DNA from: a virus
DNA length: 38,239 nt
Reading direction: 5' to 3' (one strand)
Virus record (IMG/VR): IMGVR_UViG_3300029932_000004
Numbering within the stretch: position 1 is the stretch's first letter; every line of letters begins with the position of its first letter. The position numbers were made by a program, and so were the translations under genes. Positions 25,270 to 34,823 of this stretch are shown here, piece after piece. Under the pieces are notes generated by a model. It was not told the origin of the DNA. It worked only from the letters and a program-made list of their open reading frames with translations, and did no database searches.

Positions 25270-25707
25270 ATGGCATCAAGAATGTATGGTTTAGCCAAGC
25301 AGAGTCTACTTAGTCAATCGCCTTCTATCGATCTTGACACAGACACAATCAAGATCGCTCTGGTAGGGTCTGGGTACGCTCCAAACACGGCCACGAATGG
25401 TGATCAGTATTATTCAGTGATCGGTACGCACGCACAGGGCACGCCACAGACGTTGGGTAGTAAAACAGTCACGGGCGGTACATTTGATGCGGCAGACGTG
25501 ACGTTCACGGCGGTCGCAACTAACGCCAATCAGATTACGCAGCTGGTGATCTTCAAAGAAATTGCCACTGCGGCGAATAGCACGTGGCCATTGATCTGCG
25601 TGATTGATTCGGCCTCAGCAGGGTTGCCTATTACTCCAAACGGTGGCGATATCACCGTCTCCTTCGACAACGGAACCAACAAGATCTTCAGACTTGCTGA
25701 CGTGTAA
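25270..25707 (+). CDS. Hypothetical tail-module protein
   Basis: This is a 145-aa ORF with TAGGAGAAT upstream. It is beta-rich. Confidence 0.45.
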   Translation: MASRMYGLAKQSLLSQSPSIDLDTDTIKIALVGSGYAPNTATNGDQYYSVIGTHAQGTPQTLGSKTVTGGTFDAADVTFTAVATNANQITQLVIFKEIATAANSTWPLICVIDSASAGLPITPNGGDITVSFDNGTNKIFRLADV

Positions 25708-27452
25708 TGGATCAAGATCGTCCTCAGCATTGGCGTGCATTTGATGCAGCGTGGTTTGATCGACATCAGGCCACGCTTTGCCGCATTGCCAACGCGCCAG
25801 TCATTGGCCGGGTATTTCGTCACGCTCTCAAACTGGACAGTAGTTTACCGCTCGAAAAGCTCACGCCTGATGCCGTTCATTTGCGTCAGGATGGCCAGCA
25901 TTGCGTTGGAAGGTTCTATACCTACCCACGATATAGCAAGCTCATCTACAACGCATTTAAGCCGCTCTGGTGGGTGATGCACTGGTGGGACGAGATCTTT
26001 GCCGATCGCTATCAACCAGAATGGTCATTCGGTTTCGACTCGCTCACGTCCTATGCGGATCCGTCGAATGTGGTAGAGGTCCAAAACTTTGACGGGATGA
26101 TCAGTTCTGATGGTACGAGCTTTTCAATCGCTCGTGCAGGCTCCGGGACTTTGACCCCTAGCGTGATAAATTCAACGCTTGTTGTTGGGACGTCACAATA
26201 TGGGGCAAGCGATTGGAACGTTTCGCGAACATATCTCAAGTTTAATCTGGCCAGTTTGCCGGTGAATAACGTCGTCACTATTGCAGCGTTAAAGATTCGA
26301 TGCATTGCCAAGCAGAATCCAACATGGAATCTTGAGATCCATCCGGCATACATGGCCGACAGTGCGACCAGTCTGACCTATGATGACTGGGTGGCGACCA
26401 CTTCACAAGAATCAGCATATGCCTTTCATGCGTCTTCACTTTCTGCGCTTGGCACAAAGGATTATTCAATACTGACGCTCAACTCAACTGGCCGGGCATG
26501 GTTGCAAGGTGATGCGGGCGGATATACACCAATCGTCCTTCGGTACTATCGAGACGTGGCGGGACTGGCAGTGACCACCATTCAGTATGGCCAGTTTGCC
26601 GCATCAGAGAGCACGGTAGATCAACCGCCATTCCTTGAGATTACCTACGCTCGAGCGATCCTGCCAAATGGCTTTCAAGTCCCGGTCACATTTGGCTATT
26701 CGACGATCACCCAGACCAATCCGATTGTCAGACCGTACGGTATAGAGATCCCCGTCACGTTCGGCCAGCCTCGAGTCTATGGGCCAGAGTCGGCCATTAC
26801 GCTAAATGGCTTTGCGGTCAATGTTACATTTGGTCAACCTCAGATCAACAGGATTCAGCCGACTGGCCTACAGATCAATGTGGTATTTGGCCAGCCTCAG
26901 ATTAATGTCATTCGGCCAAATGGGTTACAGATCAATGTGACATTTGGATTGCCAGTGGTTGGCCGTGGCCGAGTAGTTCAGCTTGATGGGCTGGCGGTCA
27001 ATGTCACGTTTGGGCAACCAACAGTAACGGCAACGATCAGAACGATATCACCAACCGGAATTGAGATACCGATACAGTTTGGTTTCGTCAAGTTGTCCAC
27101 GCCATACCCTGACGGGGTGCAGTATGCCGGGCCGTATATCTCACGACTGGTTGACCAGCCGATTGAATACGGTGTGACGACGTATGAATTTGAAGATGGC
27201 GGCGTGGCCGTCAACGTCCAGCCCTGCGGGATCCGTCGCTGGGTTCTGGACTATGACGGACTCAGCCAGGATGAGATCAACACGCTTGTCAGGCACTACA
27301 ACGCAATGCGCGGGCGGTCGTCCACTTTTGAATTTTACCATCGCCGTGATGCCGTGCTTTATGCAAATGTTCGATACGTATCGATGACTTTGCCGACCAG
27401 GACGAAGGCGTGGAGCAATCAGGCACAAGTGACCCTGGAGAAACTGGACTGA
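25707..27452 (+). CDS. Minor tail protein: N-terminal DNRLRE-like/carbohydrate-binding-like region, seven VTFGQP repeats, and a lambda-gpM-like C-terminal domain
   Basis: The segment SRTYLKFNLASLPVNNVVTIAALKI is DNRLRE-like. Tandem peptide repeats span about 26665-27110. The C-terminus (WVLDYDGLSQDEINTLVRHYNAMRGRSSTFEF...VRYVS) resembles lambda gpM as I recall it. Confidence 0.5.
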   Translation: MDQDRPQHWRAFDAAWFDRHQATLCRIANAPVIGRVFRHALKLDSSLPLEKLTPDAVHLRQDGQHCVGRFYTYPRYSKLIYNAFKPLWWVMHWWDEIFADRYQPEWSFGFDSLTSYADPSNVVEVQNFDGMISSDGTSFSIARAGSGTLTPSVINSTLVVGTSQYGASDWNVSRTYLKFNLASLPVNNVVTIAALKIRCIAKQNPTWNLEIHPAYMADSATSLTYDDWVATTSQESAYAFHASSLSALGTKDYSILTLNSTGRAWLQGDAGGYTPIVLRYYRDVAGLAVTTIQYGQFAASESTVDQPPFLEITYARAILPNGFQVPVTFGYSTITQTNPIVRPYGIEIPVTFGQPRVYGPESAITLNGFAVNVTFGQPQINRIQPTGLQINVVFGQPQINVIRPNGLQINVTFGLPVVGRGRVVQLDGLAVNVTFGQPTVTATIRTISPTGIEIPIQFGFVKLSTPYPDGVQYAGPYISRLVDQPIEYGVTTYEFEDGGVAVNVQPCGIRRWVLDYDGLSQDEINTLVRHYNAMRGRSSTFEFYHRRDAVLYANVRYVSMTLPTRTKAWSNQAQVTLEKLD

Positions 27453-28525
27453 TGGCAATTGAAAATTCAGCATGGATCGCATATAGCAACGTCGCTGTCA
27501 GCGGGTACACGATCACGAACACCAACGCGGGGATCAATGGGTGCTATTCTGGCGCAATGGGTATGGGTGATGCACTCGCATACACGCTTAATGGTTTCGC
27601 CAATCTGGTCGATGAGGACTGGGAGGTGACGTTTCAGTTATCCGGTCGCAATCCAAATGGGCGGGCATACTTGGGTCTATGCTCTGCAGAGGTTGCAGTT
27701 GGCGCGGACGTTGAGAATTACGTGAACTGGACTCACTGCCTATATCTCAGCACAGAGACCAATACGGGCGCAGCACCGCCACACCCAGCAGGAACGGTGT
27801 ATATTTATGAAAAATCGGCTACTCCCAAAATCTGGTTTGACGGGATCTGGCAAAGCAGCGGCGCGGTCGTGTCGATCCGCTGTCTGGGTGGTGTGATCAC
27901 GTATCTGGTCGGTGACCGGATTCTGTATCGATCAATTACTGCTCCTGTCTATCCGCTCGAGGCGGTCGTTGCCATGGCTTGTCACGATATGGTCGTCACG
28001 GCTCAAATCGTGTCAGGGCCAAATGTTGGAGTAGGATCCGGACAGATTGCCGAGGGGACATCAACCGGCACTGGTTGCGCGGCAACGTGGACCTTCCCAG
28101 CTCCGTCTGCTCTCCCACAACCTCCAACGGCCAACGCTCCTATCCCTGTCAGGTTCCAGGAGACGATCAACCAGTGGCAGGAATACAATCAGGAGTTCGC
28201 CAATAAAGCCAGCGTCAGTAATACCAAGTTGAAGACGCCTGTCAGGATGTTTGAGGTCGAGTGGGACGGACTATCTGCAGAGCAAGCGGCAATGCTTGAT
28301 GCACACTATGATTCGACATCAGGCGGGATATATTTTGCGATGACCAACCCGCACACTAATGAGGAATTATTATTCTGTCGTTATGCGTCATATTCTCGCA
28401 CGGCGCACACTCGTTACTGGTCGCAGTCGAGACAGGCAACCATCATCAAATACGTGACGCCGGAAGGCGCGGTTGAAGGCGAGAACGCACTACTTATTCA
28501 GATAGCACGTCCACCAATTGGATAA
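27452..28525 (+). CDS. Minor tail protein, second gpM-like C-terminal domain paralogue
   Basis: This is ORF-track frame 27410..28525. ATG 27452 overlaps the upstream TGA. The C-terminus (FEVEWDGLSAEQAAMLDAHYDSTSGGIYFAMTNP...CRYASYS) parallels the C-terminus of the preceding protein. Confidence 0.5.
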   Translation: MAIENSAWIAYSNVAVSGYTITNTNAGINGCYSGAMGMGDALAYTLNGFANLVDEDWEVTFQLSGRNPNGRAYLGLCSAEVAVGADVENYVNWTHCLYLSTETNTGAAPPHPAGTVYIYEKSATPKIWFDGIWQSSGAVVSIRCLGGVITYLVGDRILYRSITAPVYPLEAVVAMACHDMVVTAQIVSGPNVGVGSGQIAEGTSTGTGCAATWTFPAPSALPQPPTANAPIPVRFQETINQWQEYNQEFANKASVSNTKLKTPVRMFEVEWDGLSAEQAAMLDAHYDSTSGGIYFAMTNPHTNEELLFCRYASYSRTAHTRYWSQSRQATIIKYVTPEGAVEGENALLIQIARPPIG

Positions 28526-28527
28526 TT

Positions 28528-31500
28528 ATGCAGACAGTTTCACCGACACTCTATCAGATATTGTTATCGTCCGAGCGTGACCTGACGCCGGTTGACCTGT
28601 TCGAGTTTTACCCGCCGACAGTCACCGATCTGATACCGGCCAATGCCGAGCGCAGATTCGCGTCAACGTCGCTGGTCTGGTTTGGGTGGGAGTATCAGCA
28701 GCAGGCAATCAGTCGGTCAGACATCAGCCGGTATATGACCGAGAAATTCAACTCAGTCAATATCACGCTGTCAAACGTCGATAAGACGGTCAGTACCTGG
28801 TTGAACGGTATATCACTTGAGGGCTACCGGGTGCTGGTGCGTACCGTGAGCCGCAGATATTCGACTGATTCGCTCGTCCTCTTCGTTGGTCGGTGTGAGA
28901 AGCCGGGCGACATTGACAACGCGTCAGTGACGATCACGGCAAAGCAAGACCTCGGAACGATTGAAAATGAATTACCCTTCGGCAAGTATGACCTGAAGTG
29001 CCCATTGAAATTTAAGGGCACAGACTGCCTTGCCGGGCAGACTCTTGCACAGAAGCCGCAAGCGTACAAAGAGGCATCGACGTGTAATAAGTCGTGGTCT
29101 CAGTGCGTGGGCTATGGGAACCAGAAAGCATTTCAAGGGTTCAGGTACAAGGCAGTCATTGGTTCGTTCAAGGTAAACACACGACCCGCCGGGATGGGTG
29201 CGATCTTCGGCTCACGACGGGCGACGAAGCAATGGACCAGCACAGACAATTTTCCGATAGGCCAGTCAATCCCGCTTGGACTTGGGCGGACTCAGATCGA
29301 TCTCCAGCCCGTGCTTTATGCCGACACGGGCGAATATCTTTATGGGCATTTTGTAGCAGGTGAAGGGCCGATTACTGAATTTGCGGACGTGCGCAATACG
29401 ACGGCAGGATGGGCCACAACATTCCAGACACTTTACAAGCACAACGGCCAATATGGGTACAATGCCGATCAGGAGACGGACAGCGCGCTGCTTGGATTGG
29501 AATACTACAGCAGCCGGGCATATGTCGAGGCGACGATCAAAGGCAACAACCCAGACGCGGGTGATCCCGCTCCAACGCTGGCGGCGTTGGTGCTCTGGAA
29601 CAAGATCCCGTCGATAGGATATGCCGGTTTCGATACGACTGATTTTTCCGACAACCCGGTTGAGCACGTGCGATATCTGCTTACCGATCCTCGAGCCCTC
29701 AACTATCCGACCACGTGGATTGATGACGAGGTGAGCTATCAGACGGCGGAGTATTGCAATGAGCCACTACAGGATGATTCAGGTTGTGAAGAGTTCTGGT
29801 ATGACCAGAATCAGGGGACGGCGGGGACTGACTGGAAAAGATACCGATCAACTGGTGTGCTCGATTCGGCTTATTACAAATATCAACTGACCCCGACTGA
29901 CGCCAACAGACCGCAGAAGATCGCCGCAGAATATAACGCATATGATCCGGAGAACCCTCCAGAGAATCCAATCCCGACGACGTATTACCGGAAACGCTAC
30001 ACATCCAACTGGCATTTGAAAGAGCCGGTCAAGGTTGCGGATTTCTTGTTCAAGCATCTGCTTCCCTCTTTCCGTGGATACCTGGTGACGGGTGCTGATG
30101 GCAAGCTGCAGATCAAGAGTGAGCGTCCGGCGATTACTTCATATTTGCGTGGCAATGCAAATTATGAGCAAACTTCCATAAGCGTGCAAGACGTCACCAC
30201 GTTGTTAAAGCTGCAGCTCAATCAGCTTTATGTGGTGGTTGGTGCGGGAACCGATACGAGCGAAACCAAGCGTGTCAGATCAATTATTTACAATGACTTG
30301 GGAAACTATTTCACGCTTAGTGTCACACAGGGTGCAACGCGATATTCGCCCACGTTTGTTGGAGGATCTTCAAATCTTTTCACGTCAGCTCCAGCATGGA
30401 ATTATCTGACCATTCAGTCTGGTGGCTTGCCTGTTATTGTCAACGTCAACGGCGAGACGATCACGGCCAGCGCAATTGACGCAACAGGCGCAACGGCGAC
30501 AGATGGGGCAATTGCTGGCGAGATCGCAGCAAAGATCAATGCTCACGCCACTTTAAGCCAGTATATTGAAGCTGTCTGGAATAAAGACAATCCAACCATT
30601 GTGTTGATGCGAAGCAAAACTGGATATGTGTATTTTGACACAGGTTTAGTATATGCGCATCAGGATGGCGAAGCGGTTGTCCACGTTAACGGCGTGTTCG
30701 GGGATCAAGCGTTTGGTGTCCTCACTCGGTCAAACATAATCCGGGATTCGTTCAAGTGGCCACTCGGACAACGGCAGACGTCCTACAATCAATTTGCCAT
30801 CACCTACACTGACAGCACGCAAGACTTTCAGCAGACCGAGCTACGTGAGAATGACTATGATCATCAGGACAAGGTCAACAAAATCAACAAGCTCGAGATC
30901 TCTGGCGCGTGCGTCGACAACTATCATCAGGCCGATCGACTCGTTCAGGCGGCACGGTACAAATACCGAGACGGTGATTACTTCTGCTCGTTCCAGGCGG
31001 CTGGATCCGCTCTACTCCTCGAGGAGGGAGACATCATTTGCGTCAATCACGCGAATATGTCCGGGCGTCGCAATGAACTATTCAGGATCGAGGAGCTGAG
31101 AGTCACCCAGGATCACCGCGTCAATATCGTGGCGCGGTTGTATGCAGAGCAACAGTTCCCATCTGCTGCGACGGTTCGGACGGTGGGGCTCAATACGGGG
31201 TCAGTATGGATTGCTGGCACTCCTCCAGCCGTCACAGGTGTCACAGTCACCTATTCGACGATTGACTCCGGGCGGGTCAATTTTGACTTTGGCGATTTTG
31301 TTGGAGGCCAGACGGCTCGAGTCGAAATTAAGAGGCCGGGTGATGCTGACTGGATCCCGACAGGATACGAGGTGACACCGGACAGTTTGGGACGTGGAGC
31401 GGCAGAGCTGCCGGGGTTGAAGGTCAATACATTGATCCGGATCACGCCTATCAGTTCGACAGGGGTCGAGGGTACGCCCTCACAGGTCACAGTGACCAGC

Positions 31501-33435
31501 CCTCTCTATCAGTGGCCCGGATCCTACCCGTCAGCGAGTGGATACGTTCTCTCCTCAACAACGGCAGGCGTGTTGTCCTGGGTGGCGCAGTCTGGCGGTG
31601 GTGGCACTCCCGGCGGGTCGACAACGCAAGTCCAGTTCAACGATGCTGGGTCATTTGGTGGCGACGCTGGGTTGACGTATGACAAGACGACTGATGCGTT
31701 GACGGTGGTTGGCCCAACTCAGATGTCGGAGCTGCGACTGAAAGAGACTGGTGGCGGCTCTGATTATGTCGGGTTCAAGGCTCCGGCCAGCGTAACGAGT
31801 AATAAGATCTGGACGTTGCCGGACGGTGATGGGAACAATGGCCAGGTATTGACTACCAACGGTTCAGGTACCCTTCAATGGCGCAATGGGCGTGATACGT
31901 TGACGGGAGATCGGACTTATTACGTCGGATTTGCTTTAACAAATAATTGCACTTTTACAAATGGATCTGCGGCTATTGGCTGCACGTCGCACGGGTTATC
32001 CTTGGATGATCCGATTATTTTTACAAGCACAAGTAGCTTGCCAACCAACTTTATCGCTGGAGCAGTATATTATGTAAGAAGAGTGACAGATGCGAATACG
32101 ATTGAAGTCTCGCTAACTGTTGGCGGCACTGCTATTAGTGCGGGGTCTGCTGGCTCAGGTACGCACACGGCACGCACTGGTAACGACTCTAACGCAGGGT
32201 TTCAATATTCCAATTATCAAAACAATACGCAGGCGGCTAATAGTCGCAGCATAGCATTACTGACTATTCAGAAGGCTATTGATTTAGTATCAGCAATTGA
32301 TTTGGCAGGATACGCTGTCACGATTCAGCTTGCACCAGGCAGATATACTGACTTAGTTCAATTGAAAAGCTATGTTGGAGTCGGGCCAGTCACAATCAAA
32401 GGTGATACTGCAGCAGCGACCAGCTATAAGTTGGAGCCTTATGCTTTGGGATTAGCAATGGCCAACGCAAACAATGATTCAATTGAATTTGCAAATCATG
32501 GGCTTCTTGCTGGGACTCCAATCAGTGTTGTGATGTATCAACCCAGACCGTCAGGCTTTGACGTGAGCCTCAACACGACATATTACACATACAATGTGAC
32601 CACTCATTCCTTTCAACTTGTCACGAGTCCGACCAGTACAACTCCAGTGACATGGACGGCCAGCCCAAATTCTTCTGGTACAACAGTGTCCTCAATATCA
32701 AGCACAACGATAACCACAAGTAGCGGTCATGGCTTAGTCGTCAATCAGGCGGTAATGTTCACGGCCACGTCTTTTCCAACCAATATCAATGGAACAACGA
32801 CTTATTACGTCGCATCTGCGCCCAGTGGTACAACATTCACAATATCAACGACTCCAGGTGGCGCAGCTATCACCCCGGGAACAAGTTTTACTTCGCTCAA
32901 GGTGACGCCATCAGTGCTTTATGTCTCCGCTTGGACTGTTACGTCACCAACTGCGCCAACAGGAAAATACGTGCTTCAAGGACTGAATCCGATTGCTCCA
33001 ACTAGTGGTATCAGCATGCGACCAACAAGATCTGTGCTAGATATAGATAATTGCAATTTTGGTTCAGCAGCAGCATCATTTAATCACGTATTTGCAGAAG
33101 TCAACTGTATGGTCACGTTCAAGAATACAACGACCATCTCAGGAGGCGCATCAACGTGTGACGCTTTTTTGGCCACTGATGGCGCATACTTAACAAGCCG
33201 ACTTGGTACATTTAATGTTTCTGCTTCCATTGTTTTGTCAAATTTTTTTAGATGTCTTAGAACGGGTATTATTCTTGCAGATCAAACAACATATACAAAT
33301 GCGGCGAATGTCACTGCTGGCGCAAAATATAATGTATCAAGTAATGGGGTCATACAAGGGCCATCCGCATCTATACCTGGGCCTACTGCTGGCACATCGG
33401 GAACCACAGGCGGTCAATTCATTGATCTTGCGTAA
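28528..33435 (+). CDS. Tail tip / host-specificity protein: a gpL-like N-terminus fused to a gpJ-like central fibre, with an FN3-like domain and a C-terminal receptor-binding module
   Basis: The protein is 1635 aa. The N-terminus (VDLFEFYP...LVWFGWEYQQQAISRS...NITLSNVD...CPLKFKGTDC) is lambda-gpL-like. The middle (FAITYTD...LFRIEELRV) is gpJ-like. It also carries LPDGDGNNGQVLTTNGSGTLQW (a fibre motif) and TIQKAIDL...IQLAPGRYTD (beta-helix-like). Confidence 0.8.
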   Translation: MQTVSPTLYQILLSSERDLTPVDLFEFYPPTVTDLIPANAERRFASTSLVWFGWEYQQQAISRSDISRYMTEKFNSVNITLSNVDKTVSTWLNGISLEGYRVLVRTVSRRYSTDSLVLFVGRCEKPGDIDNASVTITAKQDLGTIENELPFGKYDLKCPLKFKGTDCLAGQTLAQKPQAYKEASTCNKSWSQCVGYGNQKAFQGFRYKAVIGSFKVNTRPAGMGAIFGSRRATKQWTSTDNFPIGQSIPLGLGRTQIDLQPVLYADTGEYLYGHFVAGEGPITEFADVRNTTAGWATTFQTLYKHNGQYGYNADQETDSALLGLEYYSSRAYVEATIKGNNPDAGDPAPTLAALVLWNKIPSIGYAGFDTTDFSDNPVEHVRYLLTDPRALNYPTTWIDDEVSYQTAEYCNEPLQDDSGCEEFWYDQNQGTAGTDWKRYRSTGVLDSAYYKYQLTPTDANRPQKIAAEYNAYDPENPPENPIPTTYYRKRYTSNWHLKEPVKVADFLFKHLLPSFRGYLVTGADGKLQIKSERPAITSYLRGNANYEQTSISVQDVTTLLKLQLNQLYVVVGAGTDTSETKRVRSIIYNDLGNYFTLSVTQGATRYSPTFVGGSSNLFTSAPAWNYLTIQSGGLPVIVNVNGETITASAIDATGATATDGAIAGEIAAKINAHATLSQYIEAVWNKDNPTIVLMRSKTGYVYFDTGLVYAHQDGEAVVHVNGVFGDQAFGVLTRSNIIRDSFKWPLGQRQTSYNQFAITYTDSTQDFQQTELRENDYDHQDKVNKINKLEISGACVDNYHQADRLVQAARYKYRDGDYFCSFQAAGSALLLEEGDIICVNHANMSGRRNELFRIEELRVTQDHRVNIVARLYAEQQFPSAATVRTVGLNTGSVWIAGTPPAVTGVTVTYSTIDSGRVNFDFGDFVGGQTARVEIKRPGDADWIPTGYEVTPDSLGRGAAELPGLKVNTLIRITPISSTGVEGTPSQVTVTSPLYQWPGSYPSASGYVLSSTTAGVLSWVAQSGGGGTPGGSTTQVQFNDAGSFGGDAGLTYDKTTDALTVVGPTQMSELRLKETGGGSDYVGFKAPASVTSNKIWTLPDGDGNNGQVLTTNGSGTLQWRNGRDTLTGDRTYYVGFALTNNCTFTNGSAAIGCTSHGLSLDDPIIFTSTSSLPTNFIAGAVYYVRRVTDANTIEVSLTVGGTAISAGSAGSGTHTARTGNDSNAGFQYSNYQNNTQAANSRSIALLTIQKAIDLVSAIDLAGYAVTIQLAPGRYTDLVQLKSYVGVGPVTIKGDTAAATSYKLEPYALGLAMANANNDSIEFANHGLLAGTPISVVMYQPRPSGFDVSLNTTYYTYNVTTHSFQLVTSPTSTTPVTWTASPNSSGTTVSSISSTTITTSSGHGLVVNQAVMFTATSFPTNINGTTTYYVASAPSGTTFTISTTPGGAAITPGTSFTSLKVTPSVLYVSAWTVTSPTAPTGKYVLQGLNPIAPTSGISMRPTRSVLDIDNCNFGSAAASFNHVFAEVNCMVTFKNTTTISGGASTCDAFLATDGAYLTSRLGTFNVSASIVLSNFFRCLRTGIILADQTTYTNAANVTAGAKYNVSSNGVIQGPSASIPGPTAGTSGTTGGQFIDLA

Positions 33436-33695
33436 TGAACAATCAATTAGAAATACTAGATATTCGTCGAACCAGTGAAACCACATGTACTGTGACCATT
33501 CGCGTGACGCATAACTACACGACATTTGTCTACGAGGTTCCGGGCGTCCCTTACGCGTATGACGAGCGTGAGAAATATATCGAAACGAATCGAGCCGCAA
33601 TAGTTGAGGCCGCTATCAATGCCAATCAGGCCGCATATTCAGAGCGCATTGCTGCATTGGAGCTGGTGACTGATATGCTCATGGATGAGGTGTAA
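33435..33695 (+). CDS. Hypothetical protein (downstream of the fibre gene)
   Basis: The start forms a TAATG junction. The ORF is 86 aa. Confidence 0.5.
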   Translation: MNNQLEILDIRRTSETTCTVTIRVTHNYTTFVYEVPGVPYAYDEREKYIETNRAAIVEAAINANQAAYSERIAALELVTDMLMDEV

Positions 33696-33926
33696 ATGGA
33701 CATCCAAGAAACTCCCATATATCGCCGCACGCTGGTTAGATGGCAGGCCGGGAAGATCACGATCAAAGAGGTTGAGCTGCTGGTCAAGACCAGCTGGTTG
33801 ACCAGAGACCAGGCAGACGAGATCTATACGTATCCCCGCGCACTGACCCCACTGGTTGAGGCTGACCCCTTCTCACCAGAGCGGGTTTATACTATTCAGG
33901 AGGAGTTGACCAATGGCGCACGATAA
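33696..33926 (+). CDS. Hypothetical protein
   Basis: GAGGTG lies upstream. The ORF is 76 aa. Confidence 0.5.
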   Translation: MDIQETPIYRRTLVRWQAGKITIKEVELLVKTSWLTRDQADEIYTYPRALTPLVEADPFSPERVYTIQEELTNGAR

Positions 33927-34353
33927 CACTCTATACGCAGATTCGCGGACGATCGCATTATCTCCCCTGACCAAGCATGGGCTGCACTTGTGGAAGCTCG
34001 TGGTGGGTGACACTTGGCACATCAACCGGACGTATACGGGACTGCAGAGCGGAACGACTATATCCAAGTGCTATTGGACGGTGAAGGCGGATCCGGCGGC
34101 GGCTGATGGGGCGGCGATCTTCCAGGTGTCTGTGACGTCGACATCGACCGCGGCAGGGCAGATCGTAGACGACACGAGCAACGGCGGACATATCGAGGTG
34201 TCAGTGATCGCAACCAAAACTCAGACGGCATTGATCACACCCGGCCAGACGTACCATTACGATATTCAGGGGATCGACAGCAACAATCAGGTCTATACGT
34301 TTGAGGTGGGAACGCTTGAAGCGCAGCAGGGCGTGACGGCGGCGACTACTTAG
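33913..34353 (+). CDS. Hypothetical beta-rich protein (last rightward gene)
   Basis: AGGAGGAG lies upstream. The ORF is 146 aa. Confidence 0.55.
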   Translation: MAHDNTLYADSRTIALSPLTKHGLHLWKLVVGDTWHINRTYTGLQSGTTISKCYWTVKADPAAADGAAIFQVSVTSTSTAAGQIVDDTSNGGHIEVSVIATKTQTALITPGQTYHYDIQGIDSNNQVYTFEVGTLEAQQGVTAATT

Positions 34354-34591
34354 GCTTGATTAGGCCACGCTCCATCAGCGTGGTGTAGGATCTGATGCGG
34401 GTCTTCGTCAGCAAGGCCTTGGGGCTGGTCGACTGCTTCAGCTGCCGCTCTCGCTGTTTGCGAGCATGAGCAGCGCGACACCTGCCGCAACGCTGAGTCC
34501 CGCCGTCCGTGTCACGCAATTGGCAATCAATACAAATGGCCGCCGCGATGAGTGATTCTCGCAGCGGCCTTTTAGTTTTGCGAACCGTCAA
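34346..34591 (-). CDS. Small basic zinc-ribbon protein (last leftward gene)
   Basis: The TTG start (34591..34589) follows AGGAGAG (revcomp of 34596..34602). The protein has CIDC-x11-CGRC and an Arg/Lys-rich tail. Confidence 0.55.
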   Translation of the reverse strand: MTVRKTKRPLRESLIAAAICIDCQLRDTDGGTQRCGRCRAAHARKQRERQLKQSTSPKALLTKTRIRSYTTLMERGLIKPK

Positions 34592-34600
34592 TGCACTCTC

Positions 34601-34726
34601 CTAGGGTATGCTTGGCGCAAATGCCAAGTAAAAGCCGCTCGCCGTGATCACGATGGCGGCGATGATGTAAAGCGTCGAGCCGCGAAAAATATCAGTTTCC
34701 CTTTTTCCATTGCTCCTCCTTATCAA
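34601..34726 (-). CDS. Micro-ORF encoding a single transmembrane helix (start unresolved)
   Basis: The frame reads ...TLYIIAAIVITASGFYLAFAPSIP and ends at a stop (34603..34601) inside the next gene's SD. The only in-frame start is TTG 34726, which has no SD. A strong SD plus ATG at 34710 lies in the +1-offset frame, upstream of an A5 run. Confidence 0.3.
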   Translation of the reverse strand: MIRRSNGKRETDIFRGSTLYIIAAIVITASGFYLAFAPSIP

Positions 34727-34749
34727 TTTCGTGATGTCACGAAATTGAT
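34722..34749. repeat. 28-bp palindrome ATCAATTTCGTGA-TG-TCACGAAATTGAT
   Basis: The two 13-bp arms are perfectly complementary and the centre is 2 nt. The palindrome lies between two micro-ORFs of the leftward operon. Confidence 0.9.
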
Positions 34750-34823
34750 CATTCGTCACCATCGAGACCAAACGCCATTATCAGGACGACTATCAGGCCA
34801 ATTACGCCAAGTATAAAGCTCAT
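34749..34823 (-). CDS. 24-aa hydrophobic micro-peptide
   Basis: ATG 34823..34821 follows GGGAGGTGGAGA and forms an ATGA overlap with the upstream stop. The product is MSFILGVIGLIVVLIMAFGLDGDE. Confidence 0.5.
   Translation of the reverse strand: MSFILGVIGLIVVLIMAFGLDGDE

Noticed and set aside
26665-27110. The repetitive tail-gene segment considered as a diversity-generating retroelement target
   Set aside because: There is no reverse transcriptase gene and no template-repeat/variable-repeat pair with adenine-specific differences anywhere in the window. The repeats are in-frame tandem peptide units.
34365-34383. The hairpin CCACGCT-ccatc-AGCGTGG at the convergence point of the two arms, considered as a bidirectional terminator
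   Set aside because: The stem is only 7 bp, neither strand has a U tract, and it lies inside the coding sequence of 34346..34591. The evidence is insufficient.
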